Part shown: positions 1 to 8,663 of the stretch, piece after piece
Numbering within the stretch: position 1 is the stretch's first letter
Layout of the letters: every line of letters starts with the position of its first letter
NCBI GenBank assembly: GCA_964016885.1
Contig: OZ024742.1
Location: 358,732,001-358,796,000, forward strand
Origin: Eledone cirrhosa
Lineage: Eukaryota
Direction: 5' to 3'
Length of the DNA: 64,000 bases
Translations under genes and position numbers: made by a program
The notes under the pieces: model-generated
The model's input: the letters and a program-made list of their open reading frames with translations, nothing else
Told to the model about the DNA's origin: nothing
Database searches by the model: none

Positions 1-2805
1 GACTTTTTAAGTTGTCCAGAAATGCTCATGGTGGGCTATTCAGACCACAAGTTAGTGACCTGCGTAGTCCACCTTGATAGAACGCATAGGCAGGGGCCCG
101 GTTACTGGAAGCTCAACTTGTCCTTACCGGCAAGTAGAGCTTACAGGGACCGGATTAGAACCTTAGTTAAGGAGCAGTTGACGGGCGCCATCGTCAACAA
201 CAGGTGGTGGGGCTCTCTAAAAAGAGAGATTAGAGTAGTTTCAATAGGAGTTAGTAAGGAGTTAGCCTCAGATAGAAATAGGAAGGAAAGGGAGTTGGTA
301 GTTAATGTTGAAGAGGCAATGAGAAGCGGCAACGTGGCCAGAGTGCAAGCGTCGAGAACGGTCTTGAACCAGTTCTTCGACGCGAAACACGAAGGCTGCG
401 TTGTCCGAAGCAAAATACGTGCTCTGGGAAACGAGGGGACCAAAGCTGTTAGCTGGGCCCGCGTGACAGAAGCGAAAAGTGGGATTAAATCCACTATCCG
501 GTCTTTGCGAGACCAGGATGGACGGCTGATCCTTGAACCTAAGCAAATGTGCGAGGCCTTTCAAAGGCACTTTGCCGAATTGTTCGGGAGGGGCGGGGAG
601 CCGGTTGGAGATGTGGATTTCGGTCCATACCTCGACGGCCTGCCGCGTCTTTCGGACAGGGAGGCGAGGTCCTGCGACGGGCCGATCTCAGCTGCTGAAA
701 TAGGGGACGTGCTGAGCCTATGCGGCAAACGCAAATCTCCAGGACTCGATGGTCTGCCCTACGAACTATATATTAATATGCCGGACTTGTTCCCCGATCT
801 CCTCGAGGCGGTCTACTGCAACTGGCAACAGAACGGGAGAATTCCCTGTTCTGTGACCAAGGGCGTAGTCTCGCTAGTGAGGAAGGACGAGAACAAGGGG
901 GATGACATTAGTAATTTTAGGCCCATAACTCTGCTAAATGCAGAGTTAAAGATTTTGGCGAAGGTGTTAGCGAAGAGGTTGGCGCTTGTCGTGGGGGGAC
1001 TGGTGGGAGATGCGCAGACATGCGCTATCCCGTCCAGGTCCATCCACGACAACCTCCACCTCATGCGATACATCATAGAGAGGGTTGGGAACGAACCCGG
1101 CTTTGGTGGGGCCCTGATAAATTTAGATCAGTCTAAAGCGTTCGATAGAGTGGACCATGGTTACCTGGATGCGGTGCTAGCGGCGGCTGGGTTCGGACCC
1201 GTTTTCAGGGGCTGGATCACTGCCATGCACAGCAGCCGCATCTGCTCTAGAGTCAAGGTGAACGGCTACCTTTCGGAGCCGTTCGAAATCACCCGCTCCA
1301 TCCGACAGGGGTGCCCTCTCTCCTCCCTTCTGTATGTGTTGACTCTCGAGCCATTACTGCGGAAGTTGGAGTTGTTGCAGGGCATCCCTTTGGAACCGGG
1401 ATTGCGCAAAGCGGTGTCGGCCTACGCCGATGACGTAACAGTAATGGTGTCGACCGCCTCGGAAATCGAGGCAATCGGCACCTTACTAGAGGAGTACGAA
1501 AGGTTGACAGGGGCTAAGCTGAACCGGGACAAGTCAGTCGCTTTGCAACTCGGCGAGTGGAGGGGCAAAGCGATGTCGTGCGACGGTATCGTCGGACGGT
1601 GGACGGAGGGCCCGGTGAAGTTGCTTGGGGTCTGGTTCGGACCGGACCTCCAGGTGGAGAAAAACTGGGGTGAGGTGACGAATAGGGTGTTTGCACTGAC
1701 CCAGAAGTGGGCCGAGTGCAAACTATCCCTAAAAGGTCGGGCGGAGGTGGCGAATGCTTACATAGCGTCCGTCATCTATTACCGCTTGACTGTCGTGCCT
1801 TGCCCGGGTGAGATCCTCGCCAAAATGGAGCGCGCCCTCTTTTATTTCCTTTGGAAGAAGAGGTCTCCTCTGGTGAGGAGATCCATCTGCTGTCAACACC
1901 CTTTGAAAGGAGGGCTGGGGATGCCGTGGCTAAAAATGCGTAAACACGCATTGAGGCTAAGGCACCTCCACGTATTCCTCACCGGTCAACCGGTGTGGGC
2001 CCCGTTTGTGAGGCGAGCCTTCCCGAGGCTCGTCTCGCTCACCGAGCTGCAGTCCTGGGTGAAGCAAAGACCGAGAAAACTGGGCGACTGGCACACCGAG
2101 TGTGCCCAGGCGCTCACGGCTCTCTGGCAGGCGGACCCGGCTATCGACGGAGACTCCACCTCGTCATTCTATAGAGGGCTGGTGGTTAGCGGGTGCGACG
2201 ACGCCCTCGGAGAAGCCCTAGGCATGGAGGAGGACGAACTGGCCAGTCTATTCGGTAGGACTTTCGGCCCGGGACCTATGGACAACTTCCAGAAGTCCTT
2301 GGCCTGGCAGTGCTACCGAGGGGCTCTGCCCGTTCGGGATAAGCTCTACAGACACGGGCGCCCGGGTAGGGACCCCTCGAAAAAGATCTGTCCCAGATGC
2401 GTGCGCGACGAGGAAACCGTCGCGCACGCATTGGTGCACTGCCCGGGCGTTGCCGATCTGTGGGGCTATGTCGAACGACTGTTGTCACGGGTGGGACCAA
2501 TTAGGTTGACCACCGAGTCCATTGTAACGATCAAGCCGCCTCCCCCCTTCAAAAATGAAGGAGAGGCGGTCTTCCTCTGTGTAATAGCCATGGTAAAAGA
2601 GGCTATATGGTGGACGCGTCTGAAAGGGCTGAGGTCGGACACCTTTCTCTCCGGCCAACAACTGGTCCTTTTCTTCCGATACCATTTCGGAAGAAGGATC
2701 AGGATGGAGAGAGAGGTGCTCCACTCCAGCCAGTTTTATGAAAGATGGGTGAAAGTTGCGAGAATGGCCCGTGTGAATGGGCCTTCTCTCTACCTCAGCC
2801 TGTAG
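1..2805 (+). CDS. ORF2 of copy 1, N-terminus cut by window edge (end of APE, RT, zinc finger)
   Basis: Open from base 1 (DFLSCPEM...); motifs SDH, WKLN, FRPITLLN, DQSKAFDRVDH, RQGCPLS, YADD, CPRC..ETVAHALVHC. Confidence 0.95.
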   Translation, partial: DFLSCPEMLMVGYSDHKLVTCVVHLDRTHRQGPGYWKLNLSLPASRAYRDRIRTLVKEQLTGAIVNNRWWGSLKREIRVVSIGVSKELASDRNRKERELVVNVEEAMRSGNVARVQASRTVLNQFFDAKHEGCVVRSKIRALGNEGTKAVSWARVTEAKSGIKSTIRSLRDQDGRLILEPKQMCEAFQRHFAELFGRGGEPVGDVDFGPYLDGLPRLSDREARSCDGPISAAEIGDVLSLCGKRKSPGLDGLPYELYINMPDLFPDLLEAVYCNWQQNGRIPCSVTKGVVSLVRKDENKGDDISNFRPITLLNAELKILAKVLAKRLALVVGGLVGDAQTCAIPSRSIHDNLHLMRYIIERVGNEPGFGGALINLDQSKAFDRVDHGYLDAVLAAAGFGPVFRGWITAMHSSRICSRVKVNGYLSEPFEITRSIRQGCPLSSLLYVLTLEPLLRKLELLQGIPLEPGLRKAVSAYADDVTVMVSTASEIEAIGTLLEEYERLTGAKLNRDKSVALQLGEWRGKAMSCDGIVGRWTEGPVKLLGVWFGPDLQVEKNWGEVTNRVFALTQKWAECKLSLKGRAEVANAYIASVIYYRLTVVPCPGEILAKMERALFYFLWKKRSPLVRRSICCQHPLKGGLGMPWLKMRKHALRLRHLHVFLTGQPVWAPFVRRAFPRLVSLTELQSWVKQRPRKLGDWHTECAQALTALWQADPAIDGDSTSSFYRGLVVSGCDDALGEALGMEEDELASLFGRTFGPGPMDNFQKSLAWQCYRGALPVRDKLYRHGRPGRDPSKKICPRCVRDEETVAHALVHCPGVADLWGYVERLLSRVGPIRLTTESIVTIKPPPPFKNEGEAVFLCVIAMVKEAIWWTRLKGLRSDTFLSGQQLVLFFRYHFGRRIRMEREVLHSSQFYERWVKVARMARVNGPSLYLSL

Positions 2806-3030
2806 GTGGAACAGAAAGAAGGGAGCACCCTCTCTTTGTGCTCCCGTGGAGAAGGGTCGCACACTTTTTTTCGGGGGTGTGTGTGACCCCAAAACGATCC
2901 CTCCCTATTGAGGACCTTCTTGTTATTATTTTGTTTGTTATATTTTTCTTACTCGATTTTTATGTAAACTCCCCCCACCCATGTACATGTCCCTTTCTTT
3001 TGTGCCCTAGTGGCAAATAAACAGAAATTT
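1..3030 (+). mobile_element. Tx1-like retrotransposon copy 1 (5' part outside window)
   Basis: ORF2 3' portion plus 3' UTR ending AATAAACAGAAATTT at 3030. Confidence 0.95.
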
Positions 3031-3221
3031 GTCTGTCTGTCTCTCTGAGGATAGTAGACGTGTGTCATATCGCTCTGTGATTTGGATTTTTACCTGCTAA
3101 TTTTGTGAGTGGATTTTTTTGAATTATTTTGTATAATTAACTGTAACCCCTAGTCTGGGACTCTAGACGTCGGGTAAATATATTTTCACCCCTTTTGGGG
3201 TGAAAAATAAATATTTGAGAA

Positions 3222-4976
3222 ATGTTTATCGATATCGTTGATAACGATATCGTCGAAAACGATATCGCCATATTGGAAGCGAACGCCACGCCGACCAAAA
3301 AAACAAGCGGGAAAGAGGGAACAACAGTTCAAACTGTTGAACAACCCCTCCTCTCCAATGAAAAAAAGAATTTCAATTCAAATGAAAAAATTAATTTTGA
3401 AGAAAAAAATAGCACCACAAATAAGGAAACCAACAACATTACAACAACAAACAAAGACAAAATTTCTTTTGCCCAAACACTTAGGAGAGCCACGGAATAC
3501 AAAGCCATTGACATCACGAACGCCAAGGAAAATTTGCTAGAGGCTAGAAAATACGTATCTTTTGGGGAGGATGGTTCTTTTACGATCAACTCCCCAGAAG
3601 AAGTGCGTGAACAGATTTACAAGAATACCGTAAGCTACAGAACCATAACCAACGAAACGAGAAAGCCAGCGCAATTGACCGAAAGTCAAATCGAGCTGGT
3701 TCTGAAAGAAATTAAAAATGACATACTCTTTATTCAAAGAGGAAAGCTGTATGCCAGCATTATGGTCCGAATGAAGGACGAAATGCTGGCTCAGAAATAT
3801 TCGGTGGCACCTATAGTGTCACCACATTACACCTTCTTCCCCACATATAAAGGAAGAAGAACACAAAGGATAAGAATGTGGAGCCCTACGCCAGAAATTA
3901 ACATCTGGTCCGTCCTAACAGGATTTACCGACCTAGATAAGGACATACTAATTTCAGCAGGGGAGTCCACCAGTGGACTGTTCGGGGGGAAAAGTCTGGA
4001 GGTTCTCTTACAGATGACACCTGAGAGAATCTCCGGAATACCCGACCGAGTGCTACTGGATGGGCGAACCTACATAAATATCACAGTGGAAGGCAGGAGA
4101 CCCTCATGTTACCACTGCGCTGGCAGAGGTCACCTGAGGACGGCCTGCCCTCTACTAACAACAAAAAAACCACTGCTACAAACACCACAACAACAACAAA
4201 AACAACCAGCACCACCATCACAAAAACAACAAAATACACTACCATCACCACCAGAACAACAAAAACCAACAACACCACCACCACCACCACCACAACAACA
4301 ACATCAACAACAGCTCAAGAAAACAACCCAAAACACGGTCCCACCCAGCCCCACCCCACAGAACACAAATACAAAAACAGTTCATACACAACCCGGAGAT
4401 ATACCCCTCCCCTCCAATACGGAAGAGGAGCTCATATCGTCGGAAGACGAGGGGGCTCCCTTCCAAAAAGTGAAAAGAAAAAAACGTACACACACCACAA
4501 CAACAAAAATAACCCCACCTGACAACACAACACAGACAATAAAACGCAAACTCACTCAACAACAACAAGCAAAAACAAACACAACAACACAAAAACTCTA
4601 CACATACATAAACAAAAACAATGAAAACCTAACTTTAAAAATAGAAACCAACCCTTCGATACAAACCGAAGGGCCGAATTTCGTAACGGCAATGGGGCTC
4701 CCTAACCTGAAAATGGTGAAAATCCCACTTGACATTTTTAAAACTTTAAAAGACATGTACCCTGAGGACGTGGGCCCACCCTGCACCAGGCCACTCAACC
4801 GCGTCCTCCTGAAAGGTTTTCCCCTCCCCTCCTCAAACACCCACACAACTCCAAAGATCCCAACCCCTCCACACACCAATACCCCCACACCACCACAAAC
4901 CACCACCCCACCCGTCAACCCCGCCACCAGCCCCATGGAAACTGAGCGACCCGAACCCCGGGACGCAGAGAGGTAA
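3222..4976 (+). CDS. ORF1 gag-like nucleic-acid-binding protein (584 aa), copy 2
   Basis: CCHC knuckle CYHCAGRGHLRTAC (4107-4148), basic NLS-like KVKRKKR, P/Q/T-rich linker; lies upstream of ORF2. Confidence 0.93.
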   Translation: MFIDIVDNDIVENDIAILEANATPTKKTSGKEGTTVQTVEQPLLSNEKKNFNSNEKINFEEKNSTTNKETNNITTTNKDKISFAQTLRRATEYKAIDITNAKENLLEARKYVSFGEDGSFTINSPEEVREQIYKNTVSYRTITNETRKPAQLTESQIELVLKEIKNDILFIQRGKLYASIMVRMKDEMLAQKYSVAPIVSPHYTFFPTYKGRRTQRIRMWSPTPEINIWSVLTGFTDLDKDILISAGESTSGLFGGKSLEVLLQMTPERISGIPDRVLLDGRTYINITVEGRRPSCYHCAGRGHLRTACPLLTTKKPLLQTPQQQQKQPAPPSQKQQNTLPSPPEQQKPTTPPPPPPQQQHQQQLKKTTQNTVPPSPTPQNTNTKTVHTQPGDIPLPSNTEEELISSEDEGAPFQKVKRKKRTHTTTTKITPPDNTTQTIKRKLTQQQQAKTNTTTQKLYTYINKNNENLTLKIETNPSIQTEGPNFVTAMGLPNLKMVKIPLDIFKTLKDMYPEDVGPPCTRPLNRVLLKGFPLPSSNTHTTPKIPTPPHTNTPTPPQTTTPPVNPATSPMETERPEPRDAER

Positions 4977-4999
4977 GTGCCTCTTTCTTTGCCACCAAC

Positions 5000-7900
5000 A
5001 TGGCTGTCTTAAGAGTGGGTTGTCTAAATGCGCGTGGCCTGGGCTCACCTTGGAAGCAAGCTAAACTTCTAAGTGACTTCAGGTCACAATGTGTAAATGT
5101 GATGGTTATTTGCGAGGCCCGGATCAGCAGCATGCGACAGCTAACCCCCACCTTTGATGACTTTGAGATGCACGCATCTCTCTGTCAGCCCGGAGGTGGG
5201 GGTGGGGTTGTCGTTCTGCTGCAAAAACATCTGGGTCTCGCTACACAGACGGTACACTTGGACCCGGAGGGTCGACTCGTGGTTCTGGACCTTGGCAATG
5301 GCGAAGGCGAAGCTTTTAGGCTTGTCGCCGTATACGCCCCTTTTGGGGCAATGCGGTCGGACTTCTTCCATCGTCTGGAGACTTTTCTAGGGACGTCCCG
5401 CTCCTTGCTTTTAGTGGGGGACTGGAATGGTATCCTAGATGCACGTTGGGACTATGTAGGGGCATGTCCCGATAGAGGGGGGTGTAACAGCCTTAAGGGG
5501 TTAATCGGTCGATTCGACCTGGCCGATAGATACCGACTAGATTTTCCGACTGTACCAACCTGGACCTGGTCAAATAACAGTGGTCAATCTAGATCGTACC
5601 TAGATAGGTTCTTAGTTAGAATTAAGGATAGGGACTTTTTAAGTTGTCCAGAAATGCTCATGGTGGGCTATTCAGACCACAAGTTAGTGACCTGCGTAGT
5701 CCACCTTGATAGAACGCATAGGCAGGGGCCCGGTTACTGGAAGCTCAACTTGTCCTTACCGGCAAGTAGAGCTTACAGGGACCGGATTAGAACCTTAGTT
5801 AAGGAGCAGTTGACGGGCGCCATCGTCAACAACAGGTGGTGGGGCTCTCTAAAAAGAGAGATTAGAGTAGTTTCAATAGGAGTTAGTAAGGAGTTAGCCT
5901 CAGATAGAAATAGGAAGGAAAGGGAGTTGGTAGTTAATGTTGAAGAGGCAATGAGAAGCGGCAACGTGGCCAGAGTGCAAGCGTCGAGAACGGTCTTGAA
6001 CCAGTTCTTCGACGCGAAACACGAAGGCTGCGTTGTCCGAAGCAAAATACGTGCTCTGGGAAACGAGGGGACCAAAGCTGTTAGCTGGGCCCGCGTGACA
6101 GAAGCGAAAAGTGGGATTAAATCCACTATCCGGTCTTTGCGAGACCAGGATGGACGGCTGATCCTTGAACCTAAGCAAATGTGCGAGGCCTTTCAAAGGC
6201 ACTTTGCCGAATTGTTCGGGAGGGGCGGGGAGCCGGTTGGAGATGTGGATTTCGGTCCATACCTCGACGGCCTGCCGCGTCTTTCGGACAGGGAGGCGAG
6301 GTCCTGCGACGGGCCGATCTCAGCTGCTGAAATAGGGGACGTGCTGAGCCTATGCGGCAAACGCAAATCTCCAGGACTCGATGGTCTGCCCTACGAACTA
6401 TATATTAATATGCCGGACTTGTTCCCCGATCTCCTCGAGGCGGTCTACTGCAACTGGCAACAGAACGGGAGAATTCCCTGTTCTGTGACCAAGGGCGTAG
6501 TCTCGCTAGTGAGGAAGGACGAGAACAAGGGGGATGACATTAGTAATTTTAGGCCCATAACTCTGCTAAATGCAGAGTTAAAGATTTTGGCGAAGGTGTT
6601 AGCGAAGAGGTTGGCGCTTGTCGTGGGGGGACTGGTGGGAGATGCGCAGACATGCGCTATCCCGTCCAGGTCCATCCACGACAACCTCCACCTCATGCGA
6701 TACATCATAGAGAGGGTTGGGAACGAACCCGGCTTTGGTGGGGCCCTGATAAATTTAGATCAGTCTAAAGCGTTCGATAGAGTGGACCATGGTTACCTGG
6801 ATGCGGTGCTAGCGGCGGCTGGGTTCGGACCCGTTTTCAGGGGCTGGATCACTGCCATGCACAGCAGCCGCATCTGCTCTAGAGTCAAGGTGAACGGCTA
6901 CCTTTCGGAGCCGTTCGAAATCACCCGCTCCATCCGACAGGGGTGCCCTCTCTCCTCCCTTCTGTATGTGTTGACTCTCGAGCCATTACTGCGGAAGTTG
7001 GAGTTGTTGCAGGGCATCCCTTTGGAACCGGGATTGCGCAAAGCGGTGTCGGCCTACGCCGATGACGTAACAGTAATGGTGTCGACCGCCTCGGAAATCG
7101 AGGCAATCGGCACCTTACTAGAGGAGTACGAAAGGTTGACAGGGGCTAAGCTGAACCGGGACAAGTCAGTCGCTTTGCAACTCGGCGAGTGGAGGGGCAA
7201 AGCGATGTCGTGCGACGGTATCGTCGGACGGTGGACGGAGGGCCCGGTGAAGTTGCTTGGGGTCTGGTTCGGACCGGACCTCCAGGTGGAGAAAAACTGG
7301 GGTGAGGTGACGAATAGGGTGTTTGCACTGACCCAGAAGTGGGCCGAGTGCAAACTATCCCTAAAAGGTCGGGCGGAGGTGGCGAACGCTTACATAGCGT
7401 CCGTCATCTATTACCGCTTGACTGTCGTGCCTTGCCCGAGTGAGATCCTCGCCAAAATGGAGCGCGCCCTCTTTTATTTCCTTTGGAAGAAGAGGTCTCC
7501 TCTGGTGAGGAGATCCATCTGCTGTCAACACCCTTTGAAAGGAGGGCTGGGGATGCCGTGGCTAAAAATGCGTAAACACGCATTGAGGCTAAGGCACCTC
7601 CACGTATTCCTCACCGGTCAACCGGTGTGGGCCCCGTTTGTGAGGCGAGCCTTCCCGAGGCTCGTCTCGCTCACCGAGCTGCAGTCCTGGGTGAAGCAAA
7701 GACCGAGAAAACTGGGCGACTGGCACACCGAGTGTGCCCAGGCGCTCACGGCTCTCTGGCAGGCGGACCCGGCTATCGACGGAGACTCCACCTCGTCATT
7801 CTATAGAGGGCTGGTGGTTAGCGGGTGCGACGACGCCCTCGGAGAAGCCCTAGGCATGGAGGAGGACGAACTGGCCAGTCTATTCGGTAGGACTTTCGGC

Positions 7901-8437
7901 CCGGGACCTATGGACAACTTCCAGAAGTCCTTGGCCTGGCAGTGCTACCGAGGGGCTCTGCCCGTTCGGGATAAGCTCTACAGACACGGGCGCCCGGGTA
8001 AGGACCCCTCGAAAAAGATCTGTCCCAGATGCGTGCGCGACGAGGAAACCGTCGCGCACGCATTGGTGCACTGCCCGGGCGTTGCCGATCTGTGGGGCTA
8101 TGTCGAACGACTGCTGTCACGGGTGGGACCAATTAGGTTGACCACCGAGTCCATTGTAACGATCAAGCCGCCTCCCCCCTTCAAAAATGAAGGAGAGGCG
8201 GTCTTCCTCTGTGTAATAGCCATGGTAAAAGAGGCTATATGGTGGACGCGTCTGAAAGGGCTGAGGTCGGACACCTTTCTCTCCGGCCAACAACTGGTCC
8301 TTTTCTTCCAATACCATTTCGGAAGAAGGATCAGGATGGAGAGAGAGGTGCTCCACTCCAGCCAGTTTTATGAAAGGTGGGTGAAAGTTGCGAGAATGGC
8401 CCGTGTGAATGGGCCTTCTCTCTACCTCAGCCTGTAG
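5000..8437 (+). CDS. ORF2 APE endonuclease + reverse transcriptase + zinc finger (1145 aa), copy 2
   Basis: APE motifs LNARGL, ICE, VYAP, GDWN, YLDR, SDH; RT motifs SPGLDG, KAFDRV, QGCPLS, YADD; C-terminal CxxC..H..C. Confidence 0.97.
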   Translation: MAVLRVGCLNARGLGSPWKQAKLLSDFRSQCVNVMVICEARISSMRQLTPTFDDFEMHASLCQPGGGGGVVVLLQKHLGLATQTVHLDPEGRLVVLDLGNGEGEAFRLVAVYAPFGAMRSDFFHRLETFLGTSRSLLLVGDWNGILDARWDYVGACPDRGGCNSLKGLIGRFDLADRYRLDFPTVPTWTWSNNSGQSRSYLDRFLVRIKDRDFLSCPEMLMVGYSDHKLVTCVVHLDRTHRQGPGYWKLNLSLPASRAYRDRIRTLVKEQLTGAIVNNRWWGSLKREIRVVSIGVSKELASDRNRKERELVVNVEEAMRSGNVARVQASRTVLNQFFDAKHEGCVVRSKIRALGNEGTKAVSWARVTEAKSGIKSTIRSLRDQDGRLILEPKQMCEAFQRHFAELFGRGGEPVGDVDFGPYLDGLPRLSDREARSCDGPISAAEIGDVLSLCGKRKSPGLDGLPYELYINMPDLFPDLLEAVYCNWQQNGRIPCSVTKGVVSLVRKDENKGDDISNFRPITLLNAELKILAKVLAKRLALVVGGLVGDAQTCAIPSRSIHDNLHLMRYIIERVGNEPGFGGALINLDQSKAFDRVDHGYLDAVLAAAGFGPVFRGWITAMHSSRICSRVKVNGYLSEPFEITRSIRQGCPLSSLLYVLTLEPLLRKLELLQGIPLEPGLRKAVSAYADDVTVMVSTASEIEAIGTLLEEYERLTGAKLNRDKSVALQLGEWRGKAMSCDGIVGRWTEGPVKLLGVWFGPDLQVEKNWGEVTNRVFALTQKWAECKLSLKGRAEVANAYIASVIYYRLTVVPCPSEILAKMERALFYFLWKKRSPLVRRSICCQHPLKGGLGMPWLKMRKHALRLRHLHVFLTGQPVWAPFVRRAFPRLVSLTELQSWVKQRPRKLGDWHTECAQALTALWQADPAIDGDSTSSFYRGLVVSGCDDALGEALGMEEDELASLFGRTFGPGPMDNFQKSLAWQCYRGALPVRDKLYRHGRPGKDPSKKICPRCVRDEETVAHALVHCPGVADLWGYVERLLSRVGPIRLTTESIVTIKPPPPFKNEGEAVFLCVIAMVKEAIWWTRLKGLRSDTFLSGQQLVLFFQYHFGRRIRMEREVLHSSQFYERWVKVARMARVNGPSLYLSL

Positions 8438-8663
8438 GTGGAACAGAAAGAAGGGAGCACCCTCTCTTTGTGCTCCCGTGGAGAAGGGTCGCACACTTTT
8501 TTTTCGGGGGTGTGTGTGACCCCAAAACGATCCCTCCCTATTGAGGACCTTCTTGTTACTATTTTGTTTGTTATATTTTTCTTACTCGATTTTTATGTAA
8601 ACTCCCCCCACCCATGTACATGTCCCTTTCTTTTGTGCCCTAGTGGCAAATAAACAGAAATTT

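Larger units (their letters stand above)
3047..8663 (+). mobile_element. Tx1-like retrotransposon copy 2, full length, both ORFs intact
   Basis: Shared termini; one extra T in the 3' UTR T-run gives 5617 bp. Confidence 0.96.

Noticed and set aside
2745-3020. 91-aa ORF spanning the ORF2 end and 3' UTR (possible ORF3)
   Set aside because: It is frameshifted by a T insertion in copy 2 and not evidently kept in the old copy. Its recurrence only reflects near-identical units.
4081-4592. Thr-rich alternate-frame and Val/Cys/Trp-rich antisense ORFs over ORF1
   Set aside because: These are by-products of A/C-biased low-complexity sequence.
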